NCBI GenBank assembly: GCA_005778355.1 | Contig: SXON01000240.1 | Location: 8,938 to 72,937, forward strand | Direction of reading: 5' to 3' | Length of the DNA: 64,000 nt | Source: Pseudomonadota bacterium | GTDB taxonomy: Bacteria; Myxococcota_A; UBA796; SXON01 | Position numbers and translations under genes: made by a program | Shown: positions 17,684 through 25,979 of the stretch, in pieces | Numbering within the stretch: position 1 is the first letter of the stretch | Layout of the letters: each line of letters begins with the position of its first letter | The notes under the pieces: model-generated | What the model saw: the letters and a program-made list of their open reading frames with translations, nothing else | The model's database searches: none | Told to the model about the DNA's origin: nothing

Positions 17684-17803
17684 CGGCACTCCTTGACCAA
17701 CCACGAAGCAGCAAACAGCATGCCATGCAGGAACAAGGCCATGTTCTTCACGGTGTCCAAGAACCCCGCGACGCGAATGTCGCCCCGGGGATAGCTGCCG
17801 ACC

Positions 17804-18355
17804 GTGCGTGTGACGCTCCTCGACTACGGCATGGGCAACCTGCGCAGCGTCACCCGCGCCCTCGAGGCCGCTGGTGCCGACGTGTCGCGACAAGAAATAG
17901 TCGGAGACGGCCCGCTCGTCCTGCCAGGGGTGGGCGCATTCGGCCGCGCCGCCGAGAACCTGCGTGGCCAGCGCTGGGAAGCCCTGCGCGAACACGTGAA
18001 GCAAGGCCGACCGTTGCTCGGCATCTGCCTCGGCATGCAGCTCTGCTTCGAGTCGAGCGAGGAGCACGGGCAGCACCAAGGGTTCGGCTTCTTCACCGGG
18101 CAGGTGCGCCACCTTGGCGTGGGCATCACCGTCCCCAACATGGGTTGGCACCGTCTCGCCGGGCTCGGCGATCCCTGGGCCTACTTTGCCCATAGCTACG
18201 GCGTGCGCCAGTCTCCCCACGCCATCGCCCACATCGAACATGGCGGATCCGTCGTGGCCGCCGCCCGCCGCGACAATGTGCTCGGTTTCCAGTTTCACCC
18301 AGAGAAGTCCGGCGCCGCCGGGGTGGCGCTCATCAAGGAGTGGTTACGATGTTAG
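17804..18355 (+). CDS. hisH: Imidazole glycerol phosphate synthase, glutamine amidotransferase subunit
   Basis: Motifs DYGMGNLRSV, LPGVGAFG, GICLGMQ, NMGWH and FHPEKS. GTG start. Confidence 0.9.
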   Translation: MRVTLLDYGMGNLRSVTRALEAAGADVSRQEIVGDGPLVLPGVGAFGRAAENLRGQRWEALREHVKQGRPLLGICLGMQLCFESSEEHGQHQGFGFFTGQVRHLGVGITVPNMGWHRLAGLGDPWAYFAHSYGVRQSPHAIAHIEHGGSVVAAARRDNVLGFQFHPEKSGAAGVALIKEWLRC

Positions 18356-19050
18356 CCTGGCCTGCCATCGACCTCCTGGGGGGCCGCGCGGTGCGGCTTG
18401 TGCACGGCAAGCGGGAAACCGCCGAGGTCGTCGGCGACCCCCTCGAGATCGCCGCCCGGTGGGCGCTCGCTGGGCAAGCGCACGTGGTCGACCTCGACGC
18501 GGCCTTCGCTGGAGCACCGTCGCAAGTCGCCCTGGTGAGGCGTATCGCCGAGATCGTGCCCGTCGAGGTGGGCGGCGGCGTGCGATCCCTCGACGACATC
18601 CAGCGCTGGCTCGACGCGGGCGCCCGCCGCGTGGTGGTTGGCACGGCAGCCTTCTCGGGACTCCTGGAACCGGCGCTGGCGCAATTCGGCCCGGAGCGAA
18701 TCGTGGTGGCCGCCGACGTGAAAGACGGGAAGATCGCAGTGAAGGGCTGGACTGATACATCTGATGTATCAGTGATACAGGCCGTGACGATGCTGCGCGA
18801 CGCGGGCGCGCACACCGTGCTCGTGACGGCGGTGCATCGCGACGGCACCATGGAAGGCCCGGACTGCACGGTGCTCGACCATTTTCACGAGGGCGGCCTC
18901 GCCGTTCTCGCCTCGGGCGGCATCGGCACGCTCGAACACCTTGTGCAAACACGAAAGTACGCCGGCACGATCATCGGGAAGGCGCTGTACGCCGGTCGCT
19001 TCACCCTCGCCGAGGCGATGTCGGTGCTCACCGAAGGCGCCCGTTGTTAG
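18349..19050 (+). CDS. hisA: ProFAR isomerase
   Basis: Contains [15 protein letters not shown] and a C-terminal GxxxGKALY. The ATG at 18349 lies 8 nt after AAGGAG. An in-frame GTG at 18340 is an alternative start. Confidence 0.85.
   Translation: MLAWPAIDLLGGRAVRLVHGKRETAEVVGDPLEIAARWALAGQAHVVDLDAAFAGAPSQVALVRRIAEIVPVEVGGGVRSLDDIQRWLDAGARRVVVGTAAFSGLLEPALAQFGPERIVVAADVKDGKIAVKGWTDTSDVSVIQAVTMLRDAGAHTVLVTAVHRDGTMEGPDCTVLDHFHEGGLAVLASGGIGTLEHLVQTRKYAGTIIGKALYAGRFTLAEAMSVLTEGARC
18752..18780. promoter_or_regulatory. Perfect palindrome CTGATACATC-T-GATGTATCAG plus a third half-site TGATACAG, inside hisA
   Basis: Read directly from the sequence. It encodes [10 protein letters not shown] using A/T-ending codons (ACT GAT ACA TCT GAT GTA TCA GTG ATA CAG) in a gene that is otherwise GC3-rich. 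Confidence 0.4.
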
Positions 19051-19784
19051 CGGTGCGCGTGATTCCCTGCCTCGACGTGAAAGACGGCCGGGTGGTGAAG
19101 GGGGTCAACTTCGTGGGCCTGCGCGACGCGGGCAACCCAGTGGAGGCCGCCGCCCGCTACGACGCCGAGGGTGCCGACGAGCTGGTTTTCCTCGACATCT
19201 CCGCGAGCCACGAGGGTCGCGACACCATGCTCCACGTGGTGCGCGAGGTGGCCGACCGGCTCTTCATCCCGCTCACCGTGGGTGGGGGCGTGCGGACTGT
19301 CGACGACTTCGCGCGCCTGCTCGACGCCGGCGCCGACAAGGTGGCGGTCAACACCGCCCTGGTGGAGAACCCGGCGCTGGTGACCGAGGCGGCCGCGCGC
19401 TTCGGCACCCAGTGCGTGGTCGCGGCGGTCGACACCCGGGCCGAAGTGATCCACACCCACGGCGGGCGCAGGCCCACGGAGCGGCGGCTCGTCCCCTGGC
19501 TCGCCGAGCTGGTCGACCGGGGCGCCGGCGAGATCCTCCTCACCTCGATGGACCACGACGGCACCCGACGTGGTTTCGACCTCGACGGCGTCCGCCGGGC
19601 CCGGTCCGCCGTGCCGGTCCCGATCGTCGCCAGCGGGGGCGCCGGGACGGCCGAGCACTTCGCCGACGCGGCCGACACCGGGGCCACCGGCCTGCTCGCC
19701 GCGTCGTTGTTTCACTTCGGCGAGCTGTCGATCGCGGCCGTGAAGGCCTCGCTGGCGGCGCGCGGCCACCTCGTGAGACACTGA
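19044..19784 (+). CDS. hisF: Imidazole glycerol phosphate synthase, cyclase subunit
   Basis: (M)[22 protein letters not shown] matches the canonical HisF N-terminus. The TTG start overlaps the end of hisA. Confidence 0.9.
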   Translation: MLAVRVIPCLDVKDGRVVKGVNFVGLRDAGNPVEAAARYDAEGADELVFLDISASHEGRDTMLHVVREVADRLFIPLTVGGGVRTVDDFARLLDAGADKVAVNTALVENPALVTEAAARFGTQCVVAAVDTRAEVIHTHGGRRPTERRLVPWLAELVDRGAGEILLTSMDHDGTRRGFDLDGVRRARSAVPVPIVASGGAGTAEHFADAADTGATGLLAASLFHFGELSIAAVKASLAARGHLVRH

Positions 19785-19787
19785 AAC

Positions 19788-20396
19788 ATGATCGATGTAT
19801 CACGGATATGCTGGAACGAGGCGGGACTTTGCCCGGCGGTGGTGGTTCACGCCGTCACCGGTGAGGCGCTGATGCTCGGCTGGATGAACGCCGAGAGCCT
19901 GCAACGCACCGAGGCCACGGGCGAGGCCTGGTTCTGGTCGCGCAGCCGCGCCGAGTTGTGGCACAAGGGCGCGACCTCGGGCAATACCCTCGCGGTGGAG
20001 AGCATCGCCCTGGACTGCGACGACGACGCGCTGCTGGTGCGCGCTGTCCCCCGGGGGCCCACCTGCCACCGGGGCACGACGGCTTGCTGGGACGGGGACA
20101 CCGGCGGCATCGTCTCGGCGCTCGACCACACCCTCCGCGCCCGACGCGGTGCCGCGGGGAGCTACACCGCGCGCCTGCTCGCCGACGAGGCGCTAAGAAT
20201 CAAAAAGGTGGGCGAAGAAAGCGCTGAGCTGATCCACGCCGCCCTTCGACGCGACGACGCGGCGCTCGCCGAGGAAGCCGCCGACCTCCTCTACCACCTT
20301 GCGGCCGTGCTCCACGGCCGCGGCCTGTCACTCACCGATGCGCTCGCGGTGCTCCACGCGCGCCACGGCCAGCCCCACCGCGGCCAGAAGCTATGA
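19788..20396 (+). CDS. hisI: Bifunctional phosphoribosyl-AMP cyclohydrolase / phosphoribosyl-ATP pyrophosphatase
   Basis: The HisI part has WFWSRSR..LWHKGATSGN and the CDDDALL/CHRG..CW metal motif. The HisE part has LRIKKVGEESAE...EEAADLLYH. Confidence 0.9.
   Translation: MIDVSRICWNEAGLCPAVVVHAVTGEALMLGWMNAESLQRTEATGEAWFWSRSRAELWHKGATSGNTLAVESIALDCDDDALLVRAVPRGPTCHRGTTACWDGDTGGIVSALDHTLRARRGAAGSYTARLLADEALRIKKVGEESAELIHAALRRDDAALAEEAADLLYHLAAVLHGRGLSLTDALAVLHARHGQPHRGQKL
19794..19802. promoter_or_regulatory. GATGTATCA motif copy at codons 3-5 of hisIE
   Basis: ATG ATC GAT GTA TCA CGG ATA TGC. Rare A/T-ending codons sit directly at the hisF-hisIE junction. Confidence 0.35.
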
Positions 20397-20671
20397 TGTC
20401 GCCCATGTGGCTCTGGCTCCTCATCTGTTGTGCCGACGAGAACTCATGTCGCGACTACGTGGATGTCGTGGCGGCCTGCAACGAGGCAGCCGGGGGCGAC
20501 ACCGTCTACGACGCCGAGACCATCTGCGGCGAGTGGACGGCCGAGCAAGAGGCCGACTACGGCGCGAAATACCAGTGCCGCGCCGCCGCCTACGAGGGCG
20601 TCGACTGCGCCGACACCGAGGCTCGCGAGGCCGCCGTCAGCGAAGAGGGGATGTGCGCCGAGGGAGAGTAG
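20393..20671 (+). CDS. Small Cys-rich acidic lipoprotein/secreted protein, fifth gene of the hisHAFIE operon
   Basis: ATGA overlap with the hisIE stop. GC3 is high throughout. MMSPMWLWLLIC|C. About 8 Cys in 92 aa. Confidence 0.55.
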   Translation: MMSPMWLWLLICCADENSCRDYVDVVAACNEAAGGDTVYDAETICGEWTAEQEADYGAKYQCRAAAYEGVDCADTEAREAAVSEEGMCAEGE

Positions 20672-20674
20672 TCC

Positions 20675-21262
20675 CTACCCGTCGAGCATGCCCTTGGTGC
20701 TCGCCACCTTCGTGGTGCCGTCGCGCCGGGTGGCCGCCCGAAGGGCCCGCCCACAGGCCTTGAAGCTCGCCTCGCACACGTGGTGGTAGTCGCGACCGTG
20801 CAAGGCTTCCACGTGGAGATTGGCGCCGAGGTGGTCGCAGAGTGCCTTCCAGAAGCCCTCGAGCACGGTGAGATCGATGGTCGGGGTGTACACCCCCGGG
20901 ACGCTCACCCGCCAGGCCAGGTAGGCGCGTCCCGAGAGATCGAAGGCCGCACGCACAAGGGCCTCGTCCATGGGCATGTAGGCGTGCCCGGTGCGCTCGA
21001 TGCCGCGGCGATCACCGAGCGCCGCGCGCAGCGCCTGTCCGAGGACGATCCCCACGTCCTCCACGGTGTGGTGCGCGTCGATCTCGAGGTCGCCCTTGGC
21101 GTTGACCAGGAGCCCAAAACGCCCGTGCTTGGCGAAGGCCTCCAGCAGGTGGTCAAAGAAGGGAAGCCCCGTCTGGACGGCGATCTTGCCGCCATCGAGG
21201 CCTACATCCACGCTGATTGTCGTTTCCTTCGACTGGCGCTCGGCGCGTCCGCTTCGGTTCAC
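20675..21262 (-). CDS. hisB: Imidazoleglycerol-phosphate dehydratase (monofunctional)
   Basis: Contains GLPFFDHLLEAFAKHG and DAHHTVEDVGIVLG. 195 aa, with no HisN phosphatase domain. Confidence 0.9.
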   Translation of the reverse strand: MNRSGRAERQSKETTISVDVGLDGGKIAVQTGLPFFDHLLEAFAKHGRFGLLVNAKGDLEIDAHHTVEDVGIVLGQALRAALGDRRGIERTGHAYMPMDEALVRAAFDLSGRAYLAWRVSVPGVYTPTIDLTVLEGFWKALCDHLGANLHVEALHGRDYHHVCEASFKACGRALRAATRRDGTTKVASTKGMLDG

Positions 21263-23583
21263 GCTTCACCCCCGATGGTCGCAAGGAACAAGTCGTCCTC
21301 GGCCCGGCTGCCGATGCTCACCCTGAGGAAACCGGGGATGGTGGCGGACAGGTCGCGAACCAGCACCCCCGCAGCGAGGAGCCGCCGGAACTCCCCGGCT
21401 GGGTCGTCCGTCGAGAAAAGCAGGAAGTTAGCGCCGCCTTCTACCACGTGACGCCCTCGCGCCCGGAGCGTCGCTGCCAGCCGAGCTCGCTCGCTGGTGA
21501 CGTGTTGCACGCGCGCCGCCACGAGGTCGGGCGTGTCGAGAAGCACGGAAACCGCCGCCCGGGTGAAGGCGTTGACGTTATAAGGCAAGAGCAACTTGTG
21601 GAGTTCCAGGCAGAGGGACGGTGGCCCCAGCATGTAGCCGAAGCGGAGCCCGGCCATCGCGAGCGCCTTGCTGAAGGTGCGCAGCAAGACCACCCGGCCG
21701 CTCTCGAGGAAGACGGAGAAGTCTTGGCCGCACCACTCGCGGTAGGCCTCATCCACCACCAGGAGCGCGTCAGACTGGGTCTTGAGCACCCGGAGGATAC
21801 CTGGGTGGAGCACTGATCCGGTGGGGTTGTTGGGCGAGGTGAGGATGGCGATCTTGGCGCTGCGCACGGCCGAGAGACAGGCGTCGATCGAATAGGCGAA
21901 GTCGTCTTGTCGCGACAGAGGGATGCGCACGATGTCGGCCCCGCGGGCGCCCAGGAGGAGCGGGTACAGCGAGAAACAGGGATCGGGGATCGCCACGCGC
22001 TCGCCGAAACCCACCGTGGCCTGGATCAACGTGGCGAGGATCTCGTTGCTCCCGTTGCCGATGAGCACCCCCTCTGGCTTCCAGCCGTCGCGACGCGCGA
22101 TGAGCTCGCGCATCTCGACGTCGTCAAACGGCGGGTACCGCCGCCAGTCCAGGGCCAGCGCGCGGTCGAGGATGCGCTGCTTCACGTCGCGGGGCAGGTC
22201 GTCCGGTGCCTCGTTCTGGTTGAGCTTGGCGGGGGCGTCCGGTGGCGCGGTGAGCGTGTAAGCCTTGAGGGCTCGTACCTCGGGGATCACCCAGTCAGCG
22301 GCAGTGCGGGCGATGCCGCCGCCGACCGCCGCGTCGCCAAGCCGGACTTCAACGGCGCGAGCATGACCGGGCAGCCCCTCGGCGCGTGCGAACTCCACGA
22401 CGCTGGCGCCCTCGCGGAAAAGCCACTCCGCGTCGTGGGCGATCACCTGGACCCGGCGGACGAAGTCAGCCGTGCCGAGCGCCGATTGGAATCGGGCACA
22501 GCCGCCAGTGGGCAGCGTGTGGTTCGGCCCGGCGAAGTAGTCGCCCACGGGCTCGGGGCTGAAGCCACCGGCGAAGATCGACCCAGCGGCGGTGATCCGG
22601 TCCACGAGCGAGGGGTCGGCCTCGATCTGAAGGTGCTCCGGCGCGTAGCGGTTCACGAAGGCGACGGCGCCGTCGATGCTGGCGGCGAGCAGGATCCAGC
22701 CGTTCTGCTCCAGGGCCTCGGCGGCCACCGGGTTCGGGAAACGCAAGAGCTCGCGCTCCAGGGCGGGGCCGAGATCGTCGAAAACGCGGCGGGAGGTGGT
22801 GACGCAGAGTGGGATCGCCAGGGGATCGTGCTCGGCCTGCGCGATGAGATCGCAGGCAACGCGCCAGGGATCGGCCGACTCGTCGGCCAGGACCAGTACT
22901 TCCGAGGGTCCCGCGTGAATGTCGACCCCCACCCGGTGCGACACCTGCCGCTTGGCCTCGCCCACGTAGGCGTTGCCGGGGCCGGTGATCTTGTCGACGC
23001 GCGGCAGGGCGTCGGTGCCCAAAGCGAGCGCGGCCACGGCCTGGGCGCCACCGACACGGAAGACATCGGTCGCCCCGGCAACCAGCGCCGCCGCGGCGAT
23101 GACGGGGTTGATGCGCCCGTCCTTGCCCGGCGGGGTGACCACGCAGATGCGCCGGACACCGGCCACGCGCGCCGGGACCACGTTCATCAGCACGGTGGAG
23201 GGGTAGGCAGCGCGGCCGCCGGGCACGTAGCAGCCCACCACGTCGAGCGGGACGATGCGCTGGCGCAGGTGCCCGCCTGCCAGCGTGAAGGGACGCGGTC
23301 GTTGCGGGCCGTGGAAGGCCGCGATGTTCTCGGCGGCATGGACCATGGTGCTGACCAGTCCCTCGGGCACCGTCTCGGCGAGGGCCACCAGTTCGTCCTG
23401 TCGCACGCGCGCGGCGGGCACGTCCACGCCGTCGAAGCGATGGGTGTACTCGCGCACGGCGCGGTCGCCCCGGGCCGCCACGCTCGCGATGATCTCGCTC
23501 ACCACCTCGCCCACGCCGGCCGGCGCCAGCTCGCGCCGGGCGAGGACCACGGCCCCCTCGCGTTCTACCGTCCCTCGTCGCAT
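21259..23583 (-). CDS. hisD-hisC: In-frame fusion of histidinol dehydrogenase (N-terminal) and histidinol-phosphate aminotransferase (C-terminal)
   Basis: The ATG at 23583 opens a 774-aa frame with no stop. HisD motifs: GGAQAVAALA, ITGPGNAYV, AGPSEVLV, QAEHD. A ~20-aa linker follows (LGDAAVGGGIARTAADWV). HisC motifs: KLNQNEAP, NGSNE, SPNNPTG, DEAY, RTFSKALAMAGLRFGY. The 115-codon extension in the track ORF was rejected. Confidence 0.8.
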   Translation of the reverse strand: MRRGTVEREGAVVLARRELAPAGVGEVVSEIIASVAARGDRAVREYTHRFDGVDVPAARVRQDELVALAETVPEGLVSTMVHAAENIAAFHGPQRPRPFTLAGGHLRQRIVPLDVVGCYVPGGRAAYPSTVLMNVVPARVAGVRRICVVTPPGKDGRINPVIAAAALVAGATDVFRVGGAQAVAALALGTDALPRVDKITGPGNAYVGEAKRQVSHRVGVDIHAGPSEVLVLADESADPWRVACDLIAQAEHDPLAIPLCVTTSRRVFDDLGPALERELLRFPNPVAAEALEQNGWILLAASIDGAVAFVNRYAPEHLQIEADPSLVDRITAAGSIFAGGFSPEPVGDYFAGPNHTLPTGGCARFQSALGTADFVRRVQVIAHDAEWLFREGASVVEFARAEGLPGHARAVEVRLGDAAVGGGIARTAADWVIPEVRALKAYTLTAPPDAPAKLNQNEAPDDLPRDVKQRILDRALALDWRRYPPFDDVEMRELIARRDGWKPEGVLIGNGSNEILATLIQATVGFGERVAIPDPCFSLYPLLLGARGADIVRIPLSRQDDFAYSIDACLSAVRSAKIAILTSPNNPTGSVLHPGILRVLKTQSDALLVVDEAYREWCGQDFSVFLESGRVVLLRTFSKALAMAGLRFGYMLGPPSLCLELHKLLLPYNVNAFTRAAVSVLLDTPDLVAARVQHVTSERARLAATLRARGRHVVEGGANFLLFSTDDPAGEFRRLLAAGVLVRDLSATIPGFLRVSIGSRAEDDLFLATIGGEA

Positions 23584-24188
23584 CGGCCGAGCCTCTCGAG
23601 AAAGGGGGCAAGCGCCTCGCGTTGCAGCGCGTAGCTCGCCCGGTTGACCACCACCCGCGCGCTCACCTCGGCGAGCGTCGCGTACTCCACCAGACCATGC
23701 GCGCGCAGCGTGGCCCCGGTCTCCACCAGGTCGACGACGGCGTCGGCCAGCCCCACCACCACCGCTAGCTCCACGCTCCCATGGAGGGGGATCAGCTCGG
23801 CCACCAGGCCTCGTCGCGACAGGGCCTCGCCCGCCATGCGGGGGTACTTTGTGGCCACGCGGAGACCATCCTCGCGCATGCGGGCGACGAGATCGCTGCC
23901 TGGTCGCCCGCAGAGCGAAAGCCGACACCGCCCAAGGGTGGTCGTGACCGGCTCCAGCACGTCGGCCGGGTGCTCGCGCAAGACATCGAGCCCGGCCACG
24001 CCGAGGTCGGCCACGCCGCGCGCCACGTACGCGGGGACGTCGGGCGGCTTGAGCAGGAGGAACCTCACGCCGCCGTCGCGACCCGGCACCACGAGCTCAC
24101 GGCCATCAACCTGCACGGGACCGATCTCGGCAAGCGCCGCGACCACCTGGTCGGCGAGGCGTCCCTTGGGCAGGCCGAAGGTGATCAT
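23565..24188 (-). CDS. hisG: ATP phosphoribosyltransferase, short (HisZ-dependent) form
   Basis: 207 aa. N-terminus is ITFGLPKGRL. Confidence 0.85.
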   Translation of the reverse strand: MITFGLPKGRLADQVVAALAEIGPVQVDGRELVVPGRDGGVRFLLLKPPDVPAYVARGVADLGVAGLDVLREHPADVLEPVTTTLGRCRLSLCGRPGSDLVARMREDGLRVATKYPRMAGEALSRRGLVAELIPLHGSVELAVVVGLADAVVDLVETGATLRAHGLVEYATLAEVSARVVVNRASYALQREALAPFLERLGRCDEGR

Positions 24189-24961
24189 CGGCGTCCCCGG
24201 GCGATCATCTCCACGTCGAGCGAGAAACCGACGGCGCTTCGCGGTCGGCCGTAGCGCGCGCAGAGCCCATCGTAGCGACCGCCACCCCCGAGAGGGCCGG
24301 GGAAGCCTGGGGCGAAGAGGTCGAAGACGATGCCCGTGTAGTACGGGAAACGACGCACGTGTGCAGGATCTGGACGAAGCCTCGATCCAATTGCATTTTG
24401 AAGCAACGATACGTCGGGTGATACATCAACGAGGTTGATACATGTATCATGCGTCAATGCGCTTGCATCACGACGGTCGAGCGCGTCACGCAGGGTCGGA
24501 TCGGCGAGCGCCCCCGGCCGCTGCGCCTCGATTCCAGCCACGCTGCCAACCACGAGCACGGCGTCGTCGAGCCCGAGCGCGTCGGCCGCACTCAACGCCA
24601 GGCGCAAGATCTCCTCGTCGCCGGGGCCGACCTCGGTGCCGTAGGCCTCGACGCCGGCCTGCCAGCGCTGGTGCCCACCCCGGAAAACGATGCCGCGGTA
24701 GGCCAGGCGGACTGGGCCGTCCACGCCCTCCCAGCGGGTCGACACCAGCCTCGCCAGGGGGCCAGTGAAGTCGGATCGCAACGCCATCACCTGGCCGTCT
24801 TGCACCAGCCGCGGGGCGTCGTCGCTGAGGTACACCCCGGCGTCTTCCACCATCGGGACAATGACCTCGTCGAAGCCGTGTGCCCGGACATGGTCGAGCA
24901 AGGCGGATTCGACGCGCCGGATGGCACGGGCGAGGGCGGGGAGACGGTCGGCGGCCGACAC
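24185..24961 (-). CDS. hisZ: ATP phosphoribosyltransferase regulatory subunit (HisRS paralogue), short version
   Basis: Has a class-II aaRS-like motif (ALRSDFTGPLARLV and GGGRYDGL). It sits directly upstream of short-form hisG with a 4-nt overlap. Confidence 0.7.
   Translation of the reverse strand: MSAADRLPALARAIRRVESALLDHVRAHGFDEVIVPMVEDAGVYLSDDAPRLVQDGQVMALRSDFTGPLARLVSTRWEGVDGPVRLAYRGIVFRGGHQRWQAGVEAYGTEVGPGDEEILRLALSAADALGLDDAVLVVGSVAGIEAQRPGALADPTLRDALDRRDASALTHDTCINLVDVSPDVSLLQNAIGSRLRPDPAHVRRFPYYTGIVFDLFAPGFPGPLGGGGRYDGLCARYGRPRSAVGFSLDVEMIARGRR
24419..24449. promoter_or_regulatory. TGATACAT half-site plus 14-bp perfect palindrome TGATACATGTATCA, inside hisZ
   Basis: Sites at 24419-24426 and 24436-24449. 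They are embedded in a ~85-bp AT-enriched island (24385..24470) about 230-260 bp upstream of the hisG start. Confidence 0.4.
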
Positions 24962-24985
24962 GCCGGGCGGCCTATCCGCGTGAGG

Positions 24986-25495
24986 CTACGGGTGCGCCTC
25001 TTCCAGCAGCCCTTCCATCTCGGGGCGCGGAAACACGTTGGCCCGCGCTCGACTCGCGCGCACCACGAAGCGGTCCACCGGCACGCGATCAGGGCCCTCA
25101 GGAGGTCGGCCGCTGAACTCCGGGGTGGCCGAGAGGTAGCGCAACGCGATCTCGAGGCGCGTATTCATCTCCAGCGCGTCGACGGCGGCGCCATAGCGGG
25201 CGGTGGGCTGCGGCTCCACGACGGCGCGGAGCACCTCGTCGAGGGTGGGCGAGGAGCCTCGGTTCCAGGCGTTGAGCAGGTGTTCGCGGATGAGCGCGGT
25301 GAACGGGCCGATCTCGCGGAGCCCGACCCGGGCCGAGAGCGCGCTGGCCAGCTCGTTGGCGAGCCACCGGCGGGCTGGGCCTCGCACCTGGGGACCGGGG
25401 TCGGCGAGGAGGCGGTTGGGATCGGGCTGGCGCATGATTGCGTTTCGGCGAGAACGGCGCGAGCTTGAGGGCGCCATTGACGTGTCAAGTGCCAA
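24986..25495 (-). CDS. Hypothetical protein
   Basis: Open frame with GC3 bias and no recognised domain. The start is uncertain; an internal ATG at 25435 is possible. Confidence 0.35.
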   Translation of the reverse strand: MALDTSMAPSSSRRSRRNAIMRQPDPNRLLADPGPQVRGPARRWLANELASALSARVGLREIGPFTALIREHLLNAWNRGSSPTLDEVLRAVVEPQPTARYGAAVDALEMNTRLEIALRYLSATPEFSGRPPEGPDRVPVDRFVVRASRARANVFPRPEMEGLLEEAHP

Positions 25496-25544
25496 GTCTT
25501 AACCCTTAACCTCCGGCACCTTTCGGGGCGGTTAGGGATGAGCC

Positions 25545-25979
25545 ATGTCCGTCGCCGAGCTGCTTCGTACCGTGCCCTTCGCCCACGGGGCCGACCTGTC
25601 GATCGTCCACAGCGAGCCGGGGCACGCGGTGGTGCGCATCCCCCACGTCACGGGCAACCTCAACCACGTGGGCACCATCCACGCCGCGGCGCTGGTGCTC
25701 GTTGGGGAAACAGCCGGCGGTCTAGCCCTCTTGTCGCACCCGCGGCTGTCACCCTACCTCTTGCTCGCGAAGGGCCTGGCCATCCGCTACCGGCGACCCG
25801 CCCCAGCCGCGTGCAACGCCCACGCGCGGGTGAGCGAGGAGGAGGTGGAGCAGGCCGTGGCAGCGGTAGAGGCCGCGGGCAAGGTGGATCTCCCGCTACG
25901 CATCGAGGTGCGCTCTGACGAGGGAGAGCTCCTCGCCGAGCTCACCGTCGACTACCATCTCAGGAAGCGAAGCCAGTGA
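25545..25979 (+). CDS. Hotdog-fold thioesterase-like protein (PaaI/DUF4442-like)
   Basis: 144 aa. NHVGTIHAAALVLVGETAGG is typical of PaaI-type hotdog proteins. Confidence 0.5.
   Translation: MSVAELLRTVPFAHGADLSIVHSEPGHAVVRIPHVTGNLNHVGTIHAAALVLVGETAGGLALLSHPRLSPYLLLAKGLAIRYRRPAPAACNAHARVSEEEVEQAVAAVEAAGKVDLPLRIEVRSDEGELLAELTVDYHLRKRSQ

Noticed and set aside
17684-17803. Histidine attenuator/leader peptide or T-box upstream of hisH
   Set aside because: No run of His codons, no short leader ORF and no terminator/antiterminator pairing were visible in the 120-bp divergent region.
21259-23928. N-terminal extensions of track ORFs: 889 aa for hisD-hisC, 442 aa for 16970..18298, 721/418/562 aa for murI, gpsA and SGNH, and 731 aa for 45274..47469
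   Set aside because: The extensions overlap well-supported neighbouring genes in another frame or strand and are Arg/Pro-rich. Internal starts give canonical N-termini (for example IGVYDSGFGG for MurI) and stop/start overlaps.
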